Of a stretch of DNA of 64,000 bases, positions 38,921 to 49,000 are shown in pieces. The stretch comes from Myxococcota bacterium (lineage in GTDB: Bacteria; Myxococcota_A; UBA796; CAJQPC01). Below the pieces are notes generated by a model. The model had not been told where the DNA came from. It was given only the letters and a program-made list of their open reading frames with translations, and searched no databases. Position 1 is the first letter of the stretch. Each line of letters opens with the position of its first letter. The DNA lies in assembly GCA_036229005.1 (NCBI GenBank), contig JAZAMN010000022.1:1-64000 (forward strand), in the 5' to 3' direction. Made by a program: the position numbers and the translations under genes.

Positions 38921-39502
38921 TCAGAAGCTCATCACCCCCACGTTGACCGCCGCGTAGGGCGCCTCCAGCCGCACCAGGGGCCCATCTTCGTTGAACAGCG
39001 AGGGCACCATGCCCAGCTCCGGCGCGATGAAGAGCTCCCGCTCCCCCACCCGCTTGCGGAACTCCAGGCCCATGCCGACCTCGCCCACCGGGACCACCAT
39101 GTTGGTGCCACCCTCCGGCGTGCCGTACACAAAGCCGGCGCTCAGGTGCAGGTAGGCGCCCCGGCTCTGCGACTGCTCAAAGCGCATGTTGTAGTCGATC
39201 ACCGGCCCCCAGGCGTAGGGCGGCGGGTCGTCCCCAGCCAGGCTGCCGGTGGGGATGTCGTGCATGTAGACCGCGCGCAGGCCCAGCGTCTGCCCGTCGC
39301 CGATGTCCAGGCCCAGGCCGATGCTGGCCGCCGGGATGTCGCCCTTGGCCCCGAAGGGCACCGCGAAGGCGCCGCGCGTCAGCACGTAGAAGGGGCGCTC
39401 CTCGGGGGTTTGGGGGCTGGTGACCTCGCTGGCGGGCGGGGGTGCAGAGGGCTCCGGCGGGGACTGGGCCAGAGCGGTGGGGATCAGGATGGCGAACAGC
39501 AT
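38921..39502 (-). CDS. Secreted small beta-barrel-like protein, paralog 2
   Basis: Signal MLFAILIPTALA; alternating beta strands; ends VNVGVMSF; clearly similar to 39503..40051. Confidence 0.7.
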   Translation of the reverse strand: MLFAILIPTALAQSPPEPSAPPPASEVTSPQTPEERPFYVLTRGAFAVPFGAKGDIPAASIGLGLDIGDGQTLGLRAVYMHDIPTGSLAGDDPPPYAWGPVIDYNMRFEQSQSRGAYLHLSAGFVYGTPEGGTNMVVPVGEVGMGLEFRKRVGERELFIAPELGMVPSLFNEDGPLVRLEAPYAAVNVGVMSF

Positions 39503-40051
39503 TCAGCCCCCCTTCTTGGGGTCGAAGATCATGCCGACCGTGATGCTGGTGTAGGGCGCCTTGGCCCCCGGCACGACCCCCATCTCCGGGGAGATGAAGA
39601 GGCGGTCCCCCGAGTCCAGCTCCCGCACGGCCCGGGCGCCGAAGCCCGCCTCCAGGATGGGCAGGACGATGTTCTCCTTGCCGTCCTCGGCCGCGTAGAC
39701 AAAGCCCAGGGACAGGCAGGGGTAGAAGTTGACGTTGCGCCCCGGGTTCAGGTGGAACTGGTAGTCCAGCACCGGGCCCCAGGCCTGCTCCACGTCGCGC
39801 TGGTTGCCCGAGATGGGGTTGGCCGGCGGGTTGACCATGTAGATGGCGCGCAGGCCGAAGGTGTGGCCGTTCTCCAGCTCGACCCCCATGGCGACCCCGG
39901 CGGTGGGGACCTGCCCCAAGCCTCCGCTGGGCACCGCGACCGAGGCGCGCGTGGCCATGTAGGTGGGCCGCGGCGGCGGGGCGTCCGGGGCGTCCGGGGT
40001 GTCGGCCGCGCTGGCGGTCTGGAGGGAGGCGAGGAGGATGGTGGTGAACAT
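39503..40051 (-). CDS. Secreted small beta-barrel-like protein, paralog 1
   Basis: GGAG RBS; signal MFTTILLASLQTASAA; shared GLRA(I/V)YM, AWGPV(L/I)DY, GFVY, LFI(S/A)PE(M/L)G motifs. Confidence 0.72.
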   Translation of the reverse strand: MFTTILLASLQTASAADTPDAPDAPPPRPTYMATRASVAVPSGGLGQVPTAGVAMGVELENGHTFGLRAIYMVNPPANPISGNQRDVEQAWGPVLDYQFHLNPGRNVNFYPCLSLGFVYAAEDGKENIVLPILEAGFGARAVRELDSGDRLFISPEMGVVPGAKAPYTSITVGMIFDPKKGG

Positions 40052-40078
40052 GGAATCTCCTGGTTCACCCCTTTGGAG

Positions 40079-40094
40079 TGCAGGGCCCGTGCCA
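40079..40094 (-). promoter_or_regulatory. Sigma54 (-24/-12) promoter
   Basis: Minus strand TGGCACGGGCCCTGCA = TGGCAC-N5-CTGCA (GG-N10-GC), 28 bp before the ATG at 40051. Confidence 0.75.
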
Positions 40095-40196
40095 CCAACT
40101 CAAGTACCTGATTTCACAGGCGAGGACAGGCTGACCGTCTCGGCAGGCGGGCCGGCTGCGTCTCCTGCTGACGCGGGCGCGTCAGGACGGTGCGGG

Positions 40197-40313
40197 GGGC
40201 ATCCAACCCTGAACGCCCGCGGGATCCGGGCATCCCACCCTGAACGCCCGCGGGATCCGGGCATCCCACCTTGAACGCCCGCGGGATCCGGGCATCCCAC
40301 CTTGAACGCCCGC
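40197..40313 (+). repeat. Tandem array A: four 31-bp units (last partial), GGGCATC-N7-GAACGCCCG-CGGGATCC
   Basis: Units start at 40197, 40228, 40259, 40290. Confidence 0.95.
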
Positions 40314-40328
40314 CACTGGGCTCCAGAC

Positions 40329-40475
40329 CGGGCGTTGAACCCCAGATGCCCCCGCAGACCGGGCGTTCGACCCCAGATGCCCCGAACACGCGGGCGTTCG
40401 ACCCCGGATGCCCCGAACACGCGGGCGTTCGACCCCGTATGCCCCCGCAGTCCGGGCGTTCGACCCCCGATGCTA
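40329..40475 (-). repeat. Tandem array B: five 31-bp units carrying the array A core in inverted orientation
   Basis: Plus strand CGGGCGTT(C/G)-N7-(G/T)ATGC(CC) starting at 40329, 40360, 40391, 40422, 40453. Confidence 0.93.
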
Positions 40476-40499
40476 CCTTCCCTCCGCAAGGGAGCCCCC

Positions 40500-42899
40500 A
40501 TGGCAGACGACGCACTCCCCCCCGAGCTTGGCCGCTACGCCGTCCAGGACCTGCTGGGCTCCGGCGGAATGGGGCTGGTCTACCGCGTTCAGGACCCTCG
40601 CCTGGGGCGCGATGTGGCCGCCAAGGTCCTGCGCCCCGAGCACGCCGACAGCCCCGAGCGGGCGCGCTTTGTGGCCGAGGCGCAGATCACCGCGCAGCTC
40701 CGCCACCCCTCCATCGTCTCCGTCCACGAGCTCGGCGAGCTGGCCGACGGCCGCGCCTACTTCACCATGGAGGAGATCGAGGGCCGCACCATGGAGCAGA
40801 CCCTGGAGCAGCTCCACCAGGCCAGCGACGCCGGCCACTGGGGCCGAAGCGAGGACGGCTGGACCTTCTCCCGGCTGATCGAGGCCTTCCGCCGCACCTG
40901 CGAGGCCGTGGCCTATGCCCACAGCCGCCGCGTGGTGCACCGGGACCTCAAACCCAGCAACGTGATGCTGGGCCGCTTCGGCGAGGTGCTGGTCATGGAC
41001 TGGGGCCTGGCCAAGGTGCTGGACGAACAGGCCCCCGAGCCCCTGCGCACCGGGCGCAGCGATGAGAGCGCCCCCAGCACCGACACCCGGGCCGGCGCCC
41101 TGATGGGCACCCCCGCGTTCATGTCCCCCGAGCAGGCCCGCGGCGACTGGGCCCGGGTGGGCACCGCCAGCGACGTGTACGCCCTGGGCGCCATCCTCTA
41201 CAACATCCTGCGCGGCCAGCCCCCCTACCTGGGCGACACCGGCAGCGTGATCGCCGCCCTGCTCCAGGGCGAGCTGGAGCCCCCCGACGCCCCCAGCGAG
41301 CACAGCCGCGGGCCCGTCCCCGCCGACCTGGCCGAGATCTGCCTGCGCGCGATGGCCCCCGACCCTCAGGCTCGCCACGCCGACGCCGCCGAGCTGGCCG
41401 CCGACGTCGCCGCCTGGCTGGACGGCTCCCGCCGCCGCGACACCGCCCGCACCCTGGTCCAGGAGGCCGCCCAGCACAACGAGGAGGCCGCCGAGCTCCA
41501 CCAGCAGGCCGAGCGCCTGCGCACCGAGGCCTTCCGCCGCCTGGAGCACGTCGCCGAGCACGACCCCGTCGAGCTCAAGCTGGCCGGCTGGGCCCTGGAG
41601 GACCGCGCCCGCCGCCTGGAGCTGCAGGCCAACCTGGTCGCCCTGGAGGGCACCCGTACCCTGCAGACCGCGCTCTCCCTGGCGCCCGACCTGCCCGAAG
41701 CCCACGCCGGGCTGGCCAACTACTACCGCACCCGCCACGCCCGGGCCGAGGCCGAGCGCGACCCCGACGAGGCCGCGCTGTGGGAGGTCCTGCTCCGCGA
41801 CCACGACCGCGGCGAGCACCGCGACTACCTGGAGGGCACCGGCGCCCTCACCCTGGTCACCGACCCGCCCAACGCCCAGGCCGTGCTCTACCGCTTCGTC
41901 GAGCAGGACCGCCGCCTGGTCCCCGAGCGCGTCCGCTCCCTGGGCCGCACTCCCATCCACAAGCTCCCGCTGCAGGCCGGCGACTACCTGGTGTCCCTGC
42001 GGCGCCCCGGGTACGCCGAGCTGCGCTACCCCGTGTCCATCGGCCGCCTGGAGCACTGGGACGGCGTGCCCCCCGGCGCCACCCGCCCCGCCCCCATCAC
42101 CCTGCTGCGCGAGGGCGTCCTGGACGACGACGAGCGCTACATCCCCGGAGGGTGGTTCCAGGCAGGCGGCGACCCCGGCGCCCCCCACGCCCTCAGCGGC
42201 CAGCGCATCTGGGTCGACGACCGCGTCTTCAAGCGCTTCCCCGTGCGCAACCGGGAGTACCTCGCCTTCCTCAACGATCTCGTGGATCAGGGGCAGCCCG
42301 AGCTGGCCAAGCGGTATGGACCGCGCTTTGAGGGCTTTTTGCTCCTCAACCGCTCCCTGGACGGCCACTACACGCTGCGCACCGACATGACGCTCTTCTC
42401 CCAGCACCCCGACGCGCCCGTGGTCATGATCGACTGGCACGGGGCCAAGGCCTACGCCGACTGGGAGGCCGAGCGCACCGGCCTGCCCTGGGATCTGCCC
42501 GAGGAGATCGCCTGGGAGAAGGCCGCCCGCGGCGTCGACGGCCGCATCTACCCCTGGGGGAACTACCTGGACCCCACCTGGTGCAACGTCCGCGACAGCC
42601 AGGTGGGCGCGCCGGGCCTGGCCCAGGTCTCCGAGCACCCCGTCGACGAGAGCGTCTACGGCCTGCGCGGCATGGGCGGCAACACGATGGACTGGTGCCG
42701 GGACAGCTTCCGCGCCTCGGGCCCCCCCATCGCGGACGGGCGTTACACCCTGCTGGACAACCAGACCGGCCCCCGGGCCATCCGCGGCGGCCACTGGTAC
42801 TCCGTGGACCAGCTCTCCCGCTGCGCCCACCGCTTCCGCCTGGAGCCCCAGATGCGCGCCTACATGATCGGATTCCGCCTGGCGCGCACCCTGAACTGA
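40500..42899 (+). CDS. Ser/Thr protein kinase fused to PEGA-like and FGE-sulfatase (SUMF1-like) domains
   Basis: LGSGGMGLVY, VAAK, HRDLKPSN, DWGLAK, GTPAFMSPEQ; LVTDPPNA; WEKAARGVDGRIYPWG, MGGNTMDW, RGG, IGFRLAR. Confidence 0.92.
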   Translation: MADDALPPELGRYAVQDLLGSGGMGLVYRVQDPRLGRDVAAKVLRPEHADSPERARFVAEAQITAQLRHPSIVSVHELGELADGRAYFTMEEIEGRTMEQTLEQLHQASDAGHWGRSEDGWTFSRLIEAFRRTCEAVAYAHSRRVVHRDLKPSNVMLGRFGEVLVMDWGLAKVLDEQAPEPLRTGRSDESAPSTDTRAGALMGTPAFMSPEQARGDWARVGTASDVYALGAILYNILRGQPPYLGDTGSVIAALLQGELEPPDAPSEHSRGPVPADLAEICLRAMAPDPQARHADAAELAADVAAWLDGSRRRDTARTLVQEAAQHNEEAAELHQQAERLRTEAFRRLEHVAEHDPVELKLAGWALEDRARRLELQANLVALEGTRTLQTALSLAPDLPEAHAGLANYYRTRHARAEAERDPDEAALWEVLLRDHDRGEHRDYLEGTGALTLVTDPPNAQAVLYRFVEQDRRLVPERVRSLGRTPIHKLPLQAGDYLVSLRRPGYAELRYPVSIGRLEHWDGVPPGATRPAPITLLREGVLDDDERYIPGGWFQAGGDPGAPHALSGQRIWVDDRVFKRFPVRNREYLAFLNDLVDQGQPELAKRYGPRFEGFLLLNRSLDGHYTLRTDMTLFSQHPDAPVVMIDWHGAKAYADWEAERTGLPWDLPEEIAWEKAARGVDGRIYPWGNYLDPTWCNVRDSQVGAPGLAQVSEHPVDESVYGLRGMGGNTMDWCRDSFRASGPPIADGRYTLLDNQTGPRAIRGGHWYSVDQLSRCAHRFRLEPQMRAYMIGFRLARTLN

Positions 42900-42938
42900 G
42901 CAAGCCCGGCGTTCAACGCCGAGACTCCGCGAGCCCAA

Positions 42939-43718
42939 TCAGATCGCGGAGACCCCCGCCCCCAGCACCGGGTTCAGGTTGACGAACCACCCCGGCTCAC
43001 AGCGGATCTGCCGGGCGTCCACCTGGAAGTTCTCCGGGTCGGGGTGGGTCCCCTGCACCGTGTACTCGCCGGGCGCGACGTTCATCCACAGCACCCCGCC
43101 GTCCCGGCTCGAGGCCGTCAGCGTGGGGTCGGGCGCGACCTGCTCGTTGAAGTAGATGGGGAAGCTGCCGTGGGTGTCCGGAACCAACTCCATCACCACG
43201 CCGGGCTCTCCGTGGGGGCGCAGCGCGTAGAACTGCTCCCAGGTCTCCATCGCCGCGATCTCGGGCACAGTGATGGTGTTCACGACCACGCAGCCCTCGG
43301 GGTCCCGCGAGAGCCCTGCGTCCGCGAGCCGCGACTCCATCAGGCCAAAGACCTCTACCGGGACCGCCTGCAGGTACATGCGCGGCTCGTCCTGCTCAAG
43401 GGTGAAGGTCGCGTGCCGCGCCGTGATGTAGCCGTCCAGCGCGATCACCGGCGTGAAGGGCACCCCCGCGGGCACCTGCGCGCTCCAGCTCCCGTCCGCC
43501 GCCGACTGGGTCTGCACCCCCACCCCCTCCAGGGTCACCGTCGCACCCTCCATCAGGCGGCGGTCGATGAACCTGAAGACCAGCCCATCCACCCGCACCA
43601 TCTCCACCGGCTGGGTGTCCGGGACACTGTCAGCACCGGTCTCCACCAGCGAGGTCACCCTGTCCGTGTCCGGCGCGTGCGCCCGCCAGCACGCCAACAG
43701 CGAGAGCAGCAGCGTCAC
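42939..43718 (-). CDS. Putative lipoprotein with carboxypeptidase-regulatory-like beta-sandwich domains
   Basis: MTLLLSLLAC; GATVTL...SAADGSW; NVAPGEYTV; overlaps the activator stop. Confidence 0.6.
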   Translation of the reverse strand: MTLLLSLLACWRAHAPDTDRVTSLVETGADSVPDTQPVEMVRVDGLVFRFIDRRLMEGATVTLEGVGVQTQSAADGSWSAQVPAGVPFTPVIALDGYITARHATFTLEQDEPRMYLQAVPVEVFGLMESRLADAGLSRDPEGCVVVNTITVPEIAAMETWEQFYALRPHGEPGVVMELVPDTHGSFPIYFNEQVAPDPTLTASSRDGGVLWMNVAPGEYTVQGTHPDPENFQVDARQIRCEPGWFVNLNPVLGAGVSAI

Positions 43719-45376
43719 GACAGCAGCTCCGCGGGCAGCGCCACGCCCAGCGCCTGGGCCATCTGCTCGGCCTCCTGCAGCGCCGCCTTGTAGTCGCGGG
43801 TGTGGTTGCGCCCCTGCACCGTCTTCTCCCGGCCAAAGTACAGATAGGCCTCCTTCACCCCGCCCTGGCGGCGCGCCGCCTCGGCCAGCACAAAGGCCCG
43901 CAGCGCCCGGGCGTGCTCCAGCTCCCGCTCGCCGCGCTCCATGGCGTCCAGCATGCGCTCCGCCGTGCGCTGGAGCAAGGGGATCAGCCTGTCCTCGCCG
44001 ATGGACGGGGTCGCTGCCGGGCGCTCCAGGCCCAGCGCCCTCTGGACGGCGGACCCATCAATGACCAGCTCCGCAGATCCGCTCCTCCCCAAGAGCGCGA
44101 CCGCGTAGGCCCGCCGCAGGACGTTGTCGAGTTGCCGCAGGTTCCCCGGCCACCGCGCCCCCTGGAGCACCGTGATGGCCTCCTGGGAGAGGGAGACGCT
44201 GCCCTGGGCTCCGGCCTCCTGGTGGCGACGCTGCACCATGAAGCCGCCCCAGGCGCCGATCTCGTCGCGGCGCTCGTCCAGGGAGGGCAGGTGCACCGGC
44301 AGCACCTGGATCCGGTAGTAGAGGTCCTCGCGGAAGCGCCCCTCGGCCACCGCCTGCGCCAGGTCCTGGTTGGTCCCGACCAGAAAGCGCAGATCCGCCT
44401 GTCGGTCGCCCCCGCTGTCCCCCAGTCGCCGCCAGGAGCGGGTCTCCAGGAGCTGCAGCAGGCCGGCCTGGGCGCTCAGGGAGAGCTTGTCGATCTCGTC
44501 CAGGAACAGGGTGCCGCCCTCGGCCCGCTCCACCGCGCCCTTGCGGTCCTGGTGGGCCCCCGTGAAGGCCCCGCGGCGCCAGCCAAAGAGCTCGGCGAGC
44601 TGCATGTCCTCCGGCACCGACAGCAGGTCCAGGTGTTCGAAGGGTTGCCCCGCGCGGGGGGAGTGCGCGTGGCACCAACGCGCCAGGCGGGACTTGCCCG
44701 TGCCCGTGGCGCCGGAGATCAGGATGGTCTCGTTGACCCGCGCGAAGGTCTCCAGCAGGTCCATGATCGGCGCCAGCGCCCTCCCGACCACCGGCAGCAG
44801 ATCGTCGTCGCGGGGGGCCTCGGTGCGCTCCGGGGGCAGGCCGACCAGGAAGGGCGTGCAGAGGTCCGCGATCAGCGAGAGCGCGGGGATCTGGTCCTCC
44901 CAGAACCCTGCTTCACCCGTCGCTTCGAGACACTGGGCCTCCACCGTGATCATGCCGTGCAGGCTGCCCTGGGGTCCGCGCAGCGGGAGCGCCAGTACGT
45001 GGGAGGCGTCGCGCGCGATGTGCCGGTGGATGGTCTCCTTGGAGGCCTGGGCGTTTAGCCCCTCGATCCGCCCCAGGCGCACGTCCAGGCTGACCGGCTC
45101 CCCCACCCGCTGGAGCTGGGCCCACGCGCTCAGGCTCGGCGCCATCTCTCCCTGGGCCTGGTGGGGAGGGAGGGCCAGGTGGCGCAATCCAGCGTAGCCC
45201 CCACCGCCTGGCCTCAAATGCACGGCCCCACGCACCAGCTCCGCTCTGGGGTCCAGCGAGGACAGGCTGGCCTCGAGCACGGCCCGCAGGCAGAGGTCGG
45301 CGGCGGCCTCGAAGCTGGGGGCGGCACGGAGCGCGGTGAGCAGCGCGGCGGGGGACGTTGGCGGGGCTATGGACAC
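43715..45376 (-). CDS. Sigma54-dependent enhancer-binding protein with GAF-like N-terminus
   Basis: GATGTGKS, GAFTGA, LFLDEI, FREDLYYRI, WPGNLRQL; no receiver domain. Confidence 0.92.
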   Translation of the reverse strand: MSIAPPTSPAALLTALRAAPSFEAAADLCLRAVLEASLSSLDPRAELVRGAVHLRPGGGGYAGLRHLALPPHQAQGEMAPSLSAWAQLQRVGEPVSLDVRLGRIEGLNAQASKETIHRHIARDASHVLALPLRGPQGSLHGMITVEAQCLEATGEAGFWEDQIPALSLIADLCTPFLVGLPPERTEAPRDDDLLPVVGRALAPIMDLLETFARVNETILISGATGTGKSRLARWCHAHSPRAGQPFEHLDLLSVPEDMQLAELFGWRRGAFTGAHQDRKGAVERAEGGTLFLDEIDKLSLSAQAGLLQLLETRSWRRLGDSGGDRQADLRFLVGTNQDLAQAVAEGRFREDLYYRIQVLPVHLPSLDERRDEIGAWGGFMVQRRHQEAGAQGSVSLSQEAITVLQGARWPGNLRQLDNVLRRAYAVALLGRSGSAELVIDGSAVQRALGLERPAATPSIGEDRLIPLLQRTAERMLDAMERGERELEHARALRAFVLAEAARRQGGVKEAYLYFGREKTVQGRNHTRDYKAALQEAEQMAQALGVALPAELLS

Positions 45377-45562
45377 CTCCCTAGGCTACCGCGATTCAGC
45401 CCCCAAGGGTGGATCCGGCGCTTTCCCCGGCGCTCTCCCAAAAAGCGGGTGGCAGAGAGCAGCTTGTAAGCGATAGGACCGCGGAGACGTTGTGGTGGCG
45501 CGCCGGAGCAACATCCTCCCGCGCCGAGACAGAACAACCGTCCGACCCATCTGGAGTTCCCC

Positions 45563-45913
45563 ATGAAGATCCGTCACGTCCTCTTCGCTACCGTCCTCGG
45601 CGGCCTGGCCCTCGCTTGCTCCGGCGGCGAGTCCACCCCTGAGCCCCCCTCCGAGAAGGCCGACGCCAAGGCTCTCTGCGCCGCCTTCCTCTCCGAGGAT
45701 GCTGGCGACGACGACGCCTCCATCGACGCTTCCGTGGCCGGCGCCACCGTGACCACCGAGTGGGGCAAGAAGATGCAGACCGACCTGCAGGCCGGCGACG
45801 GCCCCTCCACCGAGGTCCAGAAGGCCTTCGTGGACAAGATCAAGGAGACCAAGGCCTCCGAGGAGTCCCTGGACTGCTCCCTGATCGAGAGCTTCTGGGG
45901 CCTGGAGCTCTGA
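45563..45913 (+). CDS. Small acidic lipoprotein
   Basis: GGAG RBS; MKIRHVLFATVLGGLALAC. Confidence 0.75.
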   Translation: MKIRHVLFATVLGGLALACSGGESTPEPPSEKADAKALCAAFLSEDAGDDDASIDASVAGATVTTEWGKKMQTDLQAGDGPSTEVQKAFVDKIKETKASEESLDCSLIESFWGLEL

Positions 45914-46029
45914 TCGCTCCCCCCGCCTGAGGGCCTCCCCGGGGGCCCGCACCCAGCAGGGACCTTCGGGTCCCTGTTGTCGCTCTGGGGACGCGCCAGT
46001 TTGACCTCGCTGGCGGGCGCGGCTCTGCT

Positions 46030-49000
46030 ATGGTCCGCGCGAAAGGGAGCGTTGTGGTGGGAATCTCAGGTCTGCTGCCTGTCGTCTTGGGCTGCAGCCC
46101 CTCCCCAGAGACCCAAAGGGACTCCCGCGCGACCGTCCGGCAGAAGGATCTGGCGGACACCCAGGTCACCCTGCAGCCCACCGCGAGCGCCGCAAGCGAC
46201 CGCTTCGGACGGGCCCTGGCCAGCGGGGACTTCAACGACGACAGCTACCCGGATCTGGTGGTCTCGGCGCCGGGACTGGGCAGCGGCGGGCTGCTCTACC
46301 TCTACGAGGGCACGGTCTCGGGCCTGGACCTGGTCACCGAGCACACCTTCTCCACCACGGGCTCGATCGGCCTGGGCTACGGCCTCTCCGCTGGCGGCGA
46401 CGTGAACGGTGACGGCGTCGAGGATCTGGCGGCCACCGAGACAGGCGACAGCACACAGGAGCAGGTCTACCTCTTCCTGGGCTCCACCACCGCGGGGCTG
46501 GTCGCGGATCAGGCGATCCAACCTTCGGACTGGGTGTACGGGGACAGCTTCAAGGTGCCCGCCCTGGGCGCGGACCTGGACGGAGACGGCTACGGAGACC
46601 TGGCGGTGGGCGCCCTCACGGCGGACGCGACCTACACCGACCAGGGCGCGGTCTACGTGTACTACGGCAGCGCGACAGGGGTCGTCGCCGCCAGCGAGCT
46701 CAAGCTGACCGACCAGGCCAATCCCTGGACCAGCGCCTACTACGGGACCGCCGTGGCGATGGGCCCCGACTCGGACGGGGACGGCTACGACGAGCTCTAC
46801 GTGGGCCGACCCTGGCTCGGCACCTCGGCGGTCTACATCTACAACGGCAGCACCACCGGGGTCAGCGCCAGCAGCTACGCGTCCCTGACCGGCAACGGGA
46901 CCGCCGTCTCCCACGGCGGCTCCATCTCCTTCGCGGACATCGACGGGGACGGGCTCACCGACCTGCTGGTCGGGGATCAGAACGCCGGGAGCTACGGGTC
47001 CGTGGGCGGCGGCGGGCAGATCTACACCTACTTTGGCAGCGCCACGGGGTACTCGGACACCAACCACCAGACCGCGGGCTCCTGCTACTACCGCTGCGAC
47101 TACGCCGAGCACATCGCGGGGCTGGGAGACGTCGACGGGGACGGCTACGGCGACGCCCTCGCGTCCTACCTGTCCACCTCGATCGGCTCGTCGGGCTCCA
47201 CGGCACCCAGCTTCTACCTGCACTACGGGACCGCCACCGGCCTGGCGCAGTCGGGCACCCTGCTGGACACCTCGGGCGGCAGCTTCGGCAACGCCTGGGC
47301 CAGCGAGGACTTTGACGGGGACGGCCTGATGGACCCGGCCCTGGGCTGGTTCGGGCAGGCCTCGTGGAGCGCCACGGATCCGGGCTGGGTGAACCTCTAC
47401 ACCGGCAGCAACCGCACCTGGTACCCGGACCTGGACGGCGACGGCTACGGCGACGAGAGCGCGGGCGTGGAGAGCGCGACGCCGCCCTCCGGCTACATCG
47501 AGGACGGCACGGACTGCGATGACAGCGACGCCACGACCTACCCCGGCGCCACCGAGGTCGTCGCCGACGGGGTGGACAACAACTGCGACGGCTACGAGAA
47601 GTGCAAGGAGGACCGCGACCAGGACGGCTACGCCGAGTACCGGGGGGAGGTCACCTCCTCCGACCTGGACTGCACGGACCCCGGAGAGGGCGACAGCAGC
47701 ATGCCCCGCACCGACTGCGACGACGGGGACGCCAGCATCAACCCGGGGGCGACCGATCATCCCGCGGACGGCATCGATCAGGACTGCGATGGCCAGGAGC
47801 TCTGCTACGAGGACCTGGACGGCGACGGCTTCGGGACCGACGCCGGTACCACCCTGAGCTCCGCCGATCTGGACTGCGAAGACAGCGGCGAGTCCGGCAC
47901 CGACGACGACTGCGACGACAGCGACGCCAGCATCCACCCGGACGCGACCGAGGGCTTCGCCGACGGCGTGGACCAGGACTGCGACGGGATCGAGTTCTGC
48001 TACACCGACGCCGACGGGGACGGCCACAGCGCCCTGCTGGAGAGCAGCGACGACGACTGCGACGACGCGGGGGAGTCCTACACGGCCAGCGGCAGCTTGG
48101 ACTGCGACGACAGCGACGCCAGCGTGTACCCGGGCGCGGCCGAGACCGTTGGCGACGGGATCGACCAGGACTGCGACGACGCGGACGCCTGCTATGTCGA
48201 CCTGGACGGCGACGGCTACGGGGACGGGCTGGTGGACAGCAACTCCGCGGCCTGCTCGGACAGCGGCGAGGCGCTGGTGGACGGCGACTGTGATGACGCC
48301 GACGCCAGCGTGAACCCCGGCGCGACCGAGGCCGCCGCGGACGGGGTCGACCAGGACTGCGATGGCTTCGAGCTGTGCTACCTGGACAGCGACGGGGACG
48401 GCTACGCAGCGGGGGACACCGTGGCGGACAGCGATCTGGCCTGCGGGAGCGCCGGCAGCGCCACCGTCGCGGACCAGGACTGCGACGACAGCGACGCCGC
48501 CGTGAACCCGGCCGCCGCGGAGATCGCCGGCGATGGGGTCGACCAGGACTGCGACGGCACCGAGGACTGCTACGACGACGCCGACGGGGACGGGGTCGCC
48601 GGCAGCACCCTGATCCAGGCCGAGGATCTGAGCTGCGGGGCCTACAGCACCACCGCCGGGGCCGACTGCGACGACAGCGACAGCGACGCCTTCCCCGGGG
48701 CCACCGAGGCGGTCGCCGACGGCGTGGACCAGGACTGCGACGGCGGCGACACCTGCTACGCGGACGGCGACGGCGACGGCTTCGTGGACGGCACGGTGAC
48801 CAGCGCGGATCTGGACTGCACCGACAGCGGAGAGGCCGCCAGCAGCTCCACCACCGACTGCGACGACGCCGACGCCTCGGTGTACCCCGGCGCCCCCGAG
48901 GCGGTGGGAGACGGCGTGGACTCCGACTGCGACAGCGCCGAGCTCTGCTACGTGGACGCGGACGGCGACGGCTACCGCGTGAGCGACACGGTCTCGGACG

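Noticed and set aside
40197..40475. CRISPR array
   Set aside because: Units are head-to-tail with only 7-8 nt variable parts, no unique spacers, and no cas genes in the window
40302..40499. N-terminal extension of the kinase ORF and small ORFs across the repeats
   Set aside because: A 31-bp period is not a multiple of three; ATG 40500 has a GGAG RBS and starts just before the kinase domain
42100..42899. Diversity-generating retroelement target (FGE/C-lectin domain)
   Set aside because: No reverse transcriptase and no template-repeat copy of the 3' end seen in the window
45447..45512. Sigma54 promoter upstream of the lipoprotein at 45563
   Set aside because: TGGCA/TGGCG starts exist but GG-N10-GC spacing is not met
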